From an uncultured virus (IMG/VR IMGVR_UViG_3300022907_001216) (taxonomy: Duplodnaviria > Heunggongvirae > Uroviricota > Caudoviricetes): 57,270 nucleotides of DNA. Where the stretch lies: IMG/VR virus record IMGVR_UViG_3300022907_001216; one strand, 5' to 3'. Position 1 is the stretch's first letter; the number at the start of each line of letters is the position of its first letter. This document shows, piece after piece, positions 28,721 through 39,100 of this stretch. The notes under the pieces are model-generated. The model was not told the origin of the DNA, made no database searches, and saw only the letters and a list, made by a program, of their open reading frames with translations. Both the position numbers and the translations under genes were made by a program.

Positions 28721-29806
28721 ATGGAAGCACTAAAATCCCTTTTAGAGAGTGACGCAATTTCAGAAGCAATGAAAGCTGAAATCGAGGAAGCATGGACTGC
28801 TAAAGTTGAAGAAAATAAACTTAATGCTACTGCTGAACTTCGTGAAGAGTTTGCTAAAAAATATGAACACGACAAAGGTGTTATGATTGAAGCAATTGAT
28901 GCTATGATGACTGAAAAACTTTCAGAAGAAATGGCAGAATTCAATGAAGATCGCAAGCAACTAGCTGAACAAAAAGCAAAATATGCTATCGCGATGAAAG
29001 AACATGCTACTTTACTAAGTACCTTCACTAAAGAAGCACTTGTTAAAGAAGTTTCAGAACTACACGCAGATCAAAAAGCAATGGCAAATAAATTTGCTGT
29101 TCTTGAAGAATTTGTTGTAGATCAACTTGCTAAAGAACTTGCTGAGTTCAATGAAGACAAAAAAGACCTTGCTGAAACTAAAGTACGTTTAGTACGTGAA
29201 GGCAAGGAACACTTGAATAAAGTAAAAACTACCTTTATTCAAAGAAGTGCTAAAGCTATATCAGAAACAGTTGACAAAGCTCTTAAAGGAGAAATTAATC
29301 AACTCAAAGAAGATATTAACGCAGCACGTAAAAACGATTTTGGTCGCAAAATTTTCGAAGCGTTTGCTAACGAATATATGGGTTCTCATTTAAATGAGAA
29401 ATCAGAGACCAAAAAACTACTTAAAGTTGTTGATGTCAAAGACAAACAAATTGCTGAAGCAAAAGAATTAGCACTAAAAGCTAAAACTATTGCTGAAGCA
29501 AAAGACGCAGAAGTAAAGCGTCTTGTTGAAGCACAACAACGCACAGGAGTAATGAATGAACTTCTTGGACCTTTAAGTAAGGACCAAAAAGAAATTATGA
29601 CAGACTTACTGGAATCAATTCAAACTGCTAGACTACGTTCAGCATTTGATAAGTACCTTCCATCAGTAATTGATGGTAACAGTCCAGCAAAGCAGAAGGC
29701 GCAGCTTACAGAGGCAAAAGAAATTACAGGCAATAAACAAACACAAAGTTCTAATGAAGCAAGTACACATAATGTCGTAGACATTAAACGTCTTGCTGGA
29801 TTATAA
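28721..29806 (+). CDS. Prohead core scaffold, T4 gp22-like
   Basis: Coiled-coil, Glu/Lys/Ala-rich 361 aa protein between the protease and the major capsid gene. Confidence 0.85.
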   Translation: MEALKSLLESDAISEAMKAEIEEAWTAKVEENKLNATAELREEFAKKYEHDKGVMIEAIDAMMTEKLSEEMAEFNEDRKQLAEQKAKYAIAMKEHATLLSTFTKEALVKEVSELHADQKAMANKFAVLEEFVVDQLAKELAEFNEDKKDLAETKVRLVREGKEHLNKVKTTFIQRSAKAISETVDKALKGEINQLKEDINAARKNDFGRKIFEAFANEYMGSHLNEKSETKKLLKVVDVKDKQIAEAKELALKAKTIAEAKDAEVKRLVEAQQRTGVMNELLGPLSKDQKEIMTDLLESIQTARLRSAFDKYLPSVIDGNSPAKQKAQLTEAKEITGNKQTQSSNEASTHNVVDIKRLAGL

Positions 29807-29817
29807 AGGAGAAGATA

Positions 29818-30990
29818 ATGTCAGAACTATTAGAAAGTCGCTGGCAGGAGACAAAAGGTGCCTTAACTGAAGGCCTCGCAGGCAACAAAAAAGCTGTTAT
29901 GGAAACAACTCTTGAAAATACTCGTAAGCATTTGATGGAAACCGCAACAGCTGGTGCAACTTCTGCTGGTAACGTAGCAACACTAAATCGTGTGATCCTT
30001 CCAGTGATCAGACGTGTAATGCCAACCGTTATCGCTAACGAATTGGTAGGTGTACAACCAATGACTGGTCCAGTGGGCCAAATTCACACACTTAGAGTAC
30101 GTTACGCAGATGCGTTCGACTCAACAAGTGGAACAGATACCGCAGCAGGCGATGAAGCTCTTAGCCCATTCAAAATTGCTGAAGGTTATTCTGGTGCAGC
30201 TGATGACAAAGCAGCAGCTACATCAGCACTAGAAGGTGCAGCTGGTAACAGACTAAGCATTCAGATCTTGAAACAGACTGTTGAAGCGAAGTCACGTAAG
30301 TTGTCAGCACGTTGGACATTTGAAGCGGCTCAGGACGCTCAAAGCCAACACGGCATCGACGTAGAAGCAGAAATCATGGCAGCACTTGCTCAAGAGATTA
30401 CTGCTGAAATCGACCAAGAAGTTATCGCAAGTTTGACTTCATTGGCCGGTACTGCGCCAGAAACATATGACCAAAACGCAGTTTCAGGTACAGCTACTTT
30501 TGTTGGTGACGAGCATGCAGCTCTTGCTGTTTCAATCAACAGAGTATCAAACTTAATCGCACAGCGTACACGCAGAGGCGCAGGTAACTGGGCTGTTGTA
30601 TCACCAACAGTACTAACACTGTTACAAAGTGCTACAACTTCTGCTTTCGCACGTACAACAGAAGGTACTTTCGAAGCACCAACCAACACAAAACTAGTTG
30701 GTACATTAAACAACGCAATGAAAGTATATGTAAACACATATGCTACTAGCGATGATGTACTTGTTGGTTACAAAGGTACTTCAGAGTCAGACGCAGCAGC
30801 GTTCTACTGCCCATACATTCCATTGATGAGCAGTGGTGTTGTACTAGACCCAGATACATTCGAGCCAGTAGTTAGCTTCATGACACGTTATGGTTATGTT
30901 GAACTAACAAACACTGCTTCGTCTTTGGGTAACGCAGCAGACTACCTAAGCAAAGTTGCTGTTACAACAGCAAACCTAAGCTTCACATAA
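29818..30990 (+). CDS. Major capsid protein, T4 gp23-like
   Basis: RRVMP...GVQPMTGPVGQI, AKSRKLSARWT, EITAEID, FYCPYIPL and FMTRYG motifs. Confidence 0.97.
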   Translation: MSELLESRWQETKGALTEGLAGNKKAVMETTLENTRKHLMETATAGATSAGNVATLNRVILPVIRRVMPTVIANELVGVQPMTGPVGQIHTLRVRYADAFDSTSGTDTAAGDEALSPFKIAEGYSGAADDKAAATSALEGAAGNRLSIQILKQTVEAKSRKLSARWTFEAAQDAQSQHGIDVEAEIMAALAQEITAEIDQEVIASLTSLAGTAPETYDQNAVSGTATFVGDEHAALAVSINRVSNLIAQRTRRGAGNWAVVSPTVLTLLQSATTSAFARTTEGTFEAPTNTKLVGTLNNAMKVYVNTYATSDDVLVGYKGTSESDAAAFYCPYIPLMSSGVVLDPDTFEPVVSFMTRYGYVELTNTASSLGNAADYLSKVAVTTANLSFT

Positions 30991-31007
30991 GCGTAGTTAA
31001 ATATTAT

Positions 31008-31036
31008 AAAATAGGCCCTACGGGGCCTATTTTTTT
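31008..31036 (+). terminator. Rho-independent terminator after gp23
   Basis: AAAATAGGCCC-TACG-GGGCCTATTTT stem with a C(UACG)G loop and a T run. Confidence 0.92.
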
Positions 31037-31061
31037 GGCTAAGTATTAAAAAGGAGTTAAT

Positions 31062-31250
31062 ATGACAGGACAAATATACAAACACAGTGGTACCAAAGCA
31101 ATTATCAGACCTGACGAATGGGGTTCTAATAGAAGAGATGTAATCCTTGATAACAAAGATAAAAAATATAAAATAGGAGACAAACTTACATTTGACATTG
31201 TAAGAAAAAATAACAGATCTTATGCTGAGAATGTGTCTATTGAGGCTTAA
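31062..31250 (+). CDS. Small cold-shock-domain-like (OB-fold) protein
   Basis: 62 aa with AAGGAG SD. MTGQI...IIRPD...DV...GDKLTFDI...AENV follows the CspA layout. Confidence 0.55.
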   Translation: MTGQIYKHSGTKAIIRPDEWGSNRRDVILDNKDKKYKIGDKLTFDIVRKNNRSYAENVSIEA

Positions 31251-31271
31251 TAACCCATTTTAACAAAAAGG

Positions 31272-31342
31272 CTAAATACTAATGTCAAAAGACTTATGCG
31301 GTACCCACCGCGTAGACTTAGAACGTCATAAAGGAGAAACAA
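31272..31342 (+). promoter_or_regulatory. Late promoter motif plus structured 5' leader
   Basis: CTAAATA at 31272, then the hairpin TATGCGGT-ACCC-ACCGCGTA flanked by a GACTTA direct repeat, then an AAGGAG SD. Confidence 0.5.
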
Positions 31343-31774
31343 ATGGGACGTCCAATAAACAAACAAAAATTAGGATACGGTTCAGGTCGTATCGCAGTTA
31401 GCCGCCACTTTTTTACAGGCGGAGCAGAAGCTACAACAGCAGCACACATTGTAAGACAAGTTGCCTCAAACAAGTTTGTGGTTAGATTAGATTCAAACAA
31501 CGACGGTGGTGGACCGTTCTCACCAAGAACACATGCTAGTGATGAAGTAATGACACTTGTAAACAAAGCTAACGGAGCAATGGTAGCAGGTGAATTTAGA
31601 ATTGATGCTGTAGGCTCAGATTCAACAACTTACCAAGTTACACGTTTACACAACAGAACAGTACAACTTGAGGATAACGACAAAGCAATTTACAACGTTG
31701 GGTTTGACGCAAGTGCTAAAGAAAACTCAGCAGTGCCAAACGCAGTACTATCAGTAGCATTACCAAGTCAATAA
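31343..31774 (+). CDS. Hypothetical virion protein
   Basis: 143 aa with strong SD; first gene of the late structural operon after gp23. Confidence 0.7.
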   Translation: MGRPINKQKLGYGSGRIAVSRHFFTGGAEATTAAHIVRQVASNKFVVRLDSNNDGGGPFSPRTHASDEVMTLVNKANGAMVAGEFRIDAVGSDSTTYQVTRLHNRTVQLEDNDKAIYNVGFDASAKENSAVPNAVLSVALPSQ

Positions 31775-31787
31775 GTTGGAGATTTGA

Positions 31788-32840
31788 ATGCCTGGCGCTA
31801 AGTTTATATCTCATGATGTTGATACTTACAAATTAACAATTAACGATGGTGGATCAGTATCGTTTGTGGCTGGTGACGGTTTAACTCCAGCTACAACTGG
31901 TACGTTTAATTTTTTCGGCAACTTAAATGTTGTTGGTTCTACTACGACAATTGAAACTAGTGAATTATCTATTACTGATAAAACTATCACAGTCAACAAA
32001 GATGAAACAGGCGCTGGTGTTAGCACAGGTCCAGATGGGACTAATACAGCTGGCTTAATTATTGAAAGAGGATCATATCCTGATGCGAAACTTCTATATG
32101 ATGAAGATTTAGATTGGTATGATTCGAGATTAGGTGGCACAACAAGTATTACAGGTGCTTTTGCGTTCAAGGACAACAATAACGAAACTATTGGTATATT
32201 CACTAACTTTGTAGGAACTTTTGATCAAGATCTAGTTTTGCTAGGCGAAGGAACAAAAACTGTATCTGTAACAGGTACTACGTCCTATGAAAGACAAGTA
32301 TTTACTTATCAAGGCGATGTAATAGAACCTAACGTAAATAATCTAGATAGATTGTCTGATCCAATTGATCCAGATATCATTCCTAATGTACAAGCATTAA
32401 AAGATTATGTTAGAGCATATAACACTTACAATTTTACAGACACTATTGAAAGTGCTGATACAACTGTAAGTGTAGCAGATTCAGAAGAAACTAGTAGTCC
32501 AAGTTTAGCACTTGTTACAGTTGACGGAACAGAAGTTGCTAGGTTTTATCAAACATCAATTGATCTCTTACAATTAAAAATTGATAGTGATACTTTAACA
32601 AGTTTAGATATTAATGGTAATGTAAAAATTGGAGGTAACGGTACAGGCAGTGTTGAGTTTACTACAGACGCATTATTTCCTGTTACAGCTACAGATCCAA
32701 CAGCACCAACTGACGGTGTGAAGCTATATGGTAAAGCTGAAGGAGACGGTGGTACTGGATTATTTTTTGTAAATCAATCTGAAACACAAGACGAATTGAT
32801 TAGTAGAAACAAAGCACTATTATATAGTATAATATTTTAA
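31788..32840 (+). CDS. Virion structural protein (fibre-associated)
   Basis: GNLNVVGSTTTIETSELSITDKTITVN...AGLIIERG motif, shared with the fibre domain at ~48740-48900. Confidence 0.65.
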   Translation: MPGAKFISHDVDTYKLTINDGGSVSFVAGDGLTPATTGTFNFFGNLNVVGSTTTIETSELSITDKTITVNKDETGAGVSTGPDGTNTAGLIIERGSYPDAKLLYDEDLDWYDSRLGGTTSITGAFAFKDNNNETIGIFTNFVGTFDQDLVLLGEGTKTVSVTGTTSYERQVFTYQGDVIEPNVNNLDRLSDPIDPDIIPNVQALKDYVRAYNTYNFTDTIESADTTVSVADSEETSSPSLALVTVDGTEVARFYQTSIDLLQLKIDSDTLTSLDINGNVKIGGNGTGSVEFTTDALFPVTATDPTAPTDGVKLYGKAEGDGGTGLFFVNQSETQDELISRNKALLYSIIF

Positions 32841-32850
32841 GGAAAGCAAA

Positions 32851-33183
32851 ATGGCAATAAGCAGTGTAAACATATTAGCAACAGATACAACAATACTAAG
32901 TGTTCCTGCTGGCAAAAAGTATGCGATTACTACTATTGTGGTTTGTAATTATGCTACTACTACAGACGCATCGTTTGATAGTCAATTTGATATGCATGTA
33001 ATAGCAGGCTCAGGAGGAGTAAAAAGCGTTACAAACAAAGTATTAAATGCCGTAGCAATGCCAGCTCAGGAAACTTTTTCTTTTAACACAGAACGTTTAA
33101 TTTTAGAGGAAGGTGATCGAGTGGTATTAAACAGTCCTGATTCAAACAGGCTGAGCGCAACAATTAGTTATCTGGAAGTTTAA
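32851..33183 (+). CDS. Small virion structural protein
   Basis: 110 aa, beta-rich, in an operon with the fibre genes. Confidence 0.6.
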   Translation: MAISSVNILATDTTILSVPAGKKYAITTIVVCNYATTTDASFDSQFDMHVIAGSGGVKSVTNKVLNAVAMPAQETFSFNTERLILEEGDRVVLNSPDSNRLSATISYLEV

Positions 33184-33189
33184 AGTCTA

Positions 33190-36100
33190 ATGGAATTTAT
33201 TAAAAAGCAAAGTTTATACAGACGCAAAATTGATAATAAAGAACTTATTATTGATGCAGATGGTAATGTGTCTATTACACCACAAACAGGTAAGGTTACT
33301 ATTGATGGTGACTTAGCAGTTTCAGGATCGAGTTCTGGTCCAACTAATAACCTTACATTTTATGTATCACTTGAAGGTAACGATGACAATGACGGCTTAG
33401 GTGCCGGCAAAGATAGGGCTAAAAGATCAGTAAAAGCTGCGGTAGAAGCAGCACCAGCTGGAGCAACAATTAAAGTTGCGCCTGGTGACTTTTATGAAGA
33501 CAATCCTATCACAATGAAAGAACGACAAACTGTACGCGGTGACAGTTTGCGTAATACACAAATTTTTCCAAATAATTCTACATCAGACATTTTCCTTATG
33601 GATTGTGCGTGTTATTTGTTCCAATTAACATTTAGAGCTTTACAAGATCCGGGCTGGTGTGCAAGAATTAAACCTGGAGCACTAGTAACAGTATCACCAT
33701 ATGTACAAAACTGTACAAACATGAACGGTCCTTGGTTGAATGACGGTACTGAATTTACACCATTTGTAACTGAACAAATCGAAGGTGTACCTGCTACTGC
33801 TCGACCAATTGAAAACGATCCTAATGTACCATTAGCAAAGCGTGTTAATGAAAATGGCGGGGGTAATGGTATCCTTGTTGACGGTAACGATTACGACCAG
33901 CGTTCGTTAGTATTCAGTTTTGTTGCGGATGCGTTTACACAAATTGCTCAAGGTGGTATTGGTTTCCATATTACTAACTTTGGTTATACACAGATTGTTA
34001 GCTGCTTTACAGTTTTTACACGTATTGGATTTATGACCACTAAAGGTGGTTATCTTAGTATCTCAAACTCAGTTAGTGACTTTGGTACATTTGGTATTAT
34101 TGCTGACGGATTATTTGAAAAAGTTTATACTACAGCTCGACCGTCACAAACATACACTTCAAGTGTTGGTAGTGTAACAGTTAACAGCACAGGAGCAGGA
34201 TACACAGGAGTACCCACTGTTACATTTGGAGCGCCTGAAACACCAGGAGGTGTTACCGCTCAAGGTACAGCAAGTGTTGACGCATTAAGAGGAGAAGTTA
34301 CATCTGTAACAGTTGACAACCCAGGCAGTGGGTATCAAACGCAGCCAACTATTACTTTTACAGGAGGAGGATTTACTTCTCAAGCGACTGCTACTGCTAA
34401 CTTAATTAAAAATCAAAGTATTGTTGTAAACAGTTTACGAGACGTTCCACAGACAGGTAGTATTATTAAATTTGAAGGTGATTCTACTGTTTACTATGTA
34501 ACTGGTAATGACATTACAACTCAGCCATTTATATACGACGAAACAGTTTGTAGGCGAGATGTAAACAGAATTATTGATGCTGTAATGGGAGATATAGCAT
34601 TAGGTACAAATTATCAAAGTATATCTGCTGGTAGAAGTTACTTACGTGCTAATAGTGCTAAAGTTTTAAATCAACAATTACAACCTACTATATTTGGTAT
34701 TGAAGCAGTAAGAGACGAGATACTTGCACGTATACCAGATAGCGATCCAGCAAATGAACAATTTAGATACGATGTTATTGAAAAAATAGCTATTATTACA
34801 AATTTTATTGCTGAAGAAGATAGTAGTGCTGCTCCTGACATTGTATACGATGATAGTAATGCTACAAGTAATGGTGCTGTAGCAGCAAAAGATAATATTC
34901 TTTTAAACAAAGATTTTATTGTAGAAGAAACTATAAAATATATTGCTGAACAATTTACTGATCTAAGTTACGATCAAGACAAGTGTGAAAGAGACACAAG
35001 ATTAATTACTGAAGCAGTAGCATTTGATACAGCATTAGGAACAAACTATAACAGTGTCACAGCAGGATTATCTTACGCAAGGGCAAACGCAACTACTGTA
35101 GCAGAAAAACAACTTGAAGTTACAGTAGCAGCATATACTCATATTAGAGATTTAGCACTAGCACTAGCAGATGTAGCAGCAGATAGCACAGCGGTAGCAA
35201 GAGTAAAAGCAGGATACGACGAAGTCATTGACATAATTACTGGTAGGGCTTATAATACAACTACCTGTAGAAGAGATGTTGGGCAAATTGTAGATAGTGT
35301 GGCATTTGATGTAGCATTAGAAACAAACTATAACGCAGTGACTACAGGTCTTTCTTATCAAAGAGCAAACAGTTCGTATGTAAAAAGTGCTCAATTCCAA
35401 CAAACAATTGCTTCATATGAATACATGAAGCAAATAGCAAGCGATACCTATATGGCATCGGATACTACTGCTGTATCTAGATCAAATGCAGCGTTTGATG
35501 AAATACTTGACATTATAGAAAACGGAGCAGTAAGCACAGATTCAAGTGCTGATGTTCTTGTGTTTAACACACCAACCGGCGGCGATATTAATAAAGAGTA
35601 TGCTAGAGTATTATTACAAGCTAACAGAACTTATATATCTACTGAATTGAACACATGGATACAAACAAATTATCCTTCTTTAGATTATGACGCAATTAAG
35701 TGTGCTAGAGATACAAAGTATATTGTTGATGCTATTACATTTGATGTTCAGTACGGAGGAAACTTTGCTACTAGGAGAGCAGCAGAGGCGTACTTTGAAG
35801 GAACAACAAGTCAGCTTCCAGCAGATCAAAGACCAATTACTGCCGCAGCATACAATCACTTAGCAAACAATATTTTAAGTCAAATTGTAATAGAAAATTA
35901 TCCAGGACAAACAACAAACGGTAACTTAGCATCATCTGTTGAAGTAGACGAAGTAGCAGGACTAGCAAGCATTATTGCTGATGTAATTACAGCGAATAGT
36001 GTAGCAGGTATGCCAACACTTATTGAACCTTCAATTACTTGGGCAACAGCAGGATTGCAAACAGCAACAACAAATTGGAAAACTAACAAATCAACAATAC

Positions 36101-39100
36101 AAGATGATGTAATCGAAGAAATTACTATAGGTAATATTACTAATGCTGATACAATAGTTTATCCAGATCCAACAGGAGTAATTACAACTAGAGTAAATGC
36201 TAAAAATCAGTTACTTGCTAACAAAACATTTATAAAAACTGAAATAGCTGCTTATATAAATCAAAACTTTCCAAGTTTAGGATACAACCAAAAGAAATGC
36301 GAAAGAGACGTTGGATATATTGTTGACGCATTAATTTATGATATATTGTACGAAGGCAATAGTGCTACTCGTCAAACAGCACTAAGTTATTTTGTAGGAA
36401 CAACAAATCAATTAGGAACTGTTGCCGAAGAAACGACTGCTACTATAGATGCGTACACGCACTTACAAGGTGTAGTTACAGGTATACTTTTAGAATCAGC
36501 ATTATCAAAGAGTTCAGGTAATACACTTACACAAAATACTTCAAACGAACCAGCAAGTGCTGCAGAAGTAACAAGTTCTACATCGTTAATACAAATAATC
36601 ATTGACGTGTTAACAGCAGGTAACACAACAAATATTGTAGCAAAAAATAACGCTGTAACAGATTGGGCTCCTGCTTCATTACAAACAGCATTTGCGTCAG
36701 TCTTTGGACAACAAGACAACTTCGCTGCTGAAACTACAAATTATATTTTAGAAAATTTTCCAACATTTACTTATGATAGAGAAAAGTGTAAAAGAGATGT
36801 TGACTTAATTTTACAAGCTGTTATCCGAGATGCTAAATTAAATTCTAACCACAATGCTATTGTAGCAGGTCAAAGATATTTACAAGGTGTATCAAGTGTT
36901 GTAACAAACGACCAACTTCCAGCAACTATACTTGCTATGCGTGAGGCAAAAAGACTATCATTAACATACTTAACAGCTAGTTCTATTGCTACATCTAGAG
37001 TAACTGATGGTTGGGATACTGTGCTTGAGTTATTAGAAAATGGAACATTGCCTAGTGAAGGATATACATATCCGTCACCTACACCAGCAAGTCAAGAATT
37101 AATTGATGCTGCTAGACAATTACAAGATAACAAAGCATTCTTAATAGAAGAAACAATTGCTTACATTAATGATCAATATTTTGTATATGATTCAGCAAAA
37201 TGTGCTAGAGATTCGCAATTGATTTTAGACGCAGTTACAAATGACTTAGTTACTGGAACAAATTACAACAGTATCACAGCTGGAAGATCTTATTACAGAG
37301 CAAACAGCGCATATGTTATTAGCGATCAAATTACACAAACTGTAGCAGCAATTACGCATTTAAAAACTGAAACTGCTGCGGCTGTTTCTGCCGATACTGC
37401 TAGTGTAACAATTTTAAATGGCTTGTTTGACGAAATAATCGACATTATACAAAACGGTGAAGGCAATGCCGACGCTCTAGTATGGACAAATCCAGCAGGC
37501 GATACAAGTAAAACAAATGCTCGATTAATGTTACAGAATAATAGAGCATATATCATTTCAGAATTAATAACTTGGATTAATACAACATATCCTTACTTAA
37601 CATACGATCAAAGCAAGTGTGAAAGAGATACTGGGCTGATTGTTGATGCTTTATCACATGATATTCAATATGAAACAAACCTAGCAAGCATACAAAACGC
37701 TAGAGCATACTTTGAAGGTGCTGTAAGTGTTTTACCATATGATCAAAGATTAGAAACAGTTGGCGCACTAAACCAATTAGGTATAATTGCTGAACAAGTA
37801 TGTTTAGGAACATATGCTGGACAAAATACTAGTGCTGGAGCAGCTGACGCAGACGATTCTGCTGCTGTAAAAGCATTAGCAGATATTATTGAAAACACAG
37901 TGAATGCTAACACATTAGCAGTATTACCAGCTGAAACAGTACCAACACTAGTAGGTGCTAACGCTACTACTCAAGCAACAAGAGAAACAATTCTAAGTGC
38001 GGGAGATAGTTCGAGTGCTGATCTTGTACAAAGTGTTATTGATTACATAAACAATAGCTTAAATGGATTTAGTTATAATCAAGAGAAATGTCGTAGAGAC
38101 ACAGGCTATCTTATTGAATCTACTACACATGACTTACTTTATACAGGTAACAAAAGTTCTTTGTTAAGTGCTAGAAGTTATTTTTACAATAATGAAAGTC
38201 AAGTGTATGGACAAGAAAGCCAAACTACTACAGCATTAACTAGATTAAAACAAGTAGCAGGTCAAGTAATTCAAGGTATTGCGGTAACGCCTACAACAGG
38301 TAATACCGAAACACAAAGTTTAGTTGGAACATATGGAACTTCAAATGAAGTAACAACATCAAATGACTTGTTTAACATTACTATTGATGCTATAAATGCC
38401 GGAAACTTGTTAAGTACTCCAGGTGATCAAGAACCTGACACAAGCTGGGCACTTGCTACAATGGTTGCTCCATTAGATGTATTGTTGGCAAATAGCACTG
38501 TAGTACAAGAAGGTGTTATTACATTTATTAAAGAAAACATACTAGGCTTTTCGTATAATGTAACAAAGTGTGAAAGAGATACAAAATATATTATTGATGC
38601 TGCTTTGTATGATATGATGTATGGTGGTAACAAGCAAACACGTAGAGCAGGTGAAGCATATTACACCGGTACAATTTTAGCTGGTATTACAACAGCAGGA
38701 AGTAATGCTGATCAAGAAGGTGTTACAGAATTTGCTTATAAACATTTAGCAAACTTAATGTCGCAAATTGGACAGAATAAAACTGTTACAACAAGCGATG
38801 GTGTTACACTTACACAAACTTATGGCACAGTTGGCGGAACAAATGAAGCTACTACATCTGTAGTGGCAAATATTACTAAAATTGCTGAAATTATTAGCGC
38901 AGGAACTGCTCCAGAATTACCATACGAAATAGATCATTTTTATGACGTTCTTGGAGATACAACAGCCAATGCTAAACGTACAATTGTTTTAGCAGATGAA
39001 CAAGCAATTGAAGACGAAGCAATTAGATTGCTAAACCTAGAATATGGCGGTGTAGCTGAACTAACATTATTCCCACAGTTAACATACGTTGCTGAAGGAA

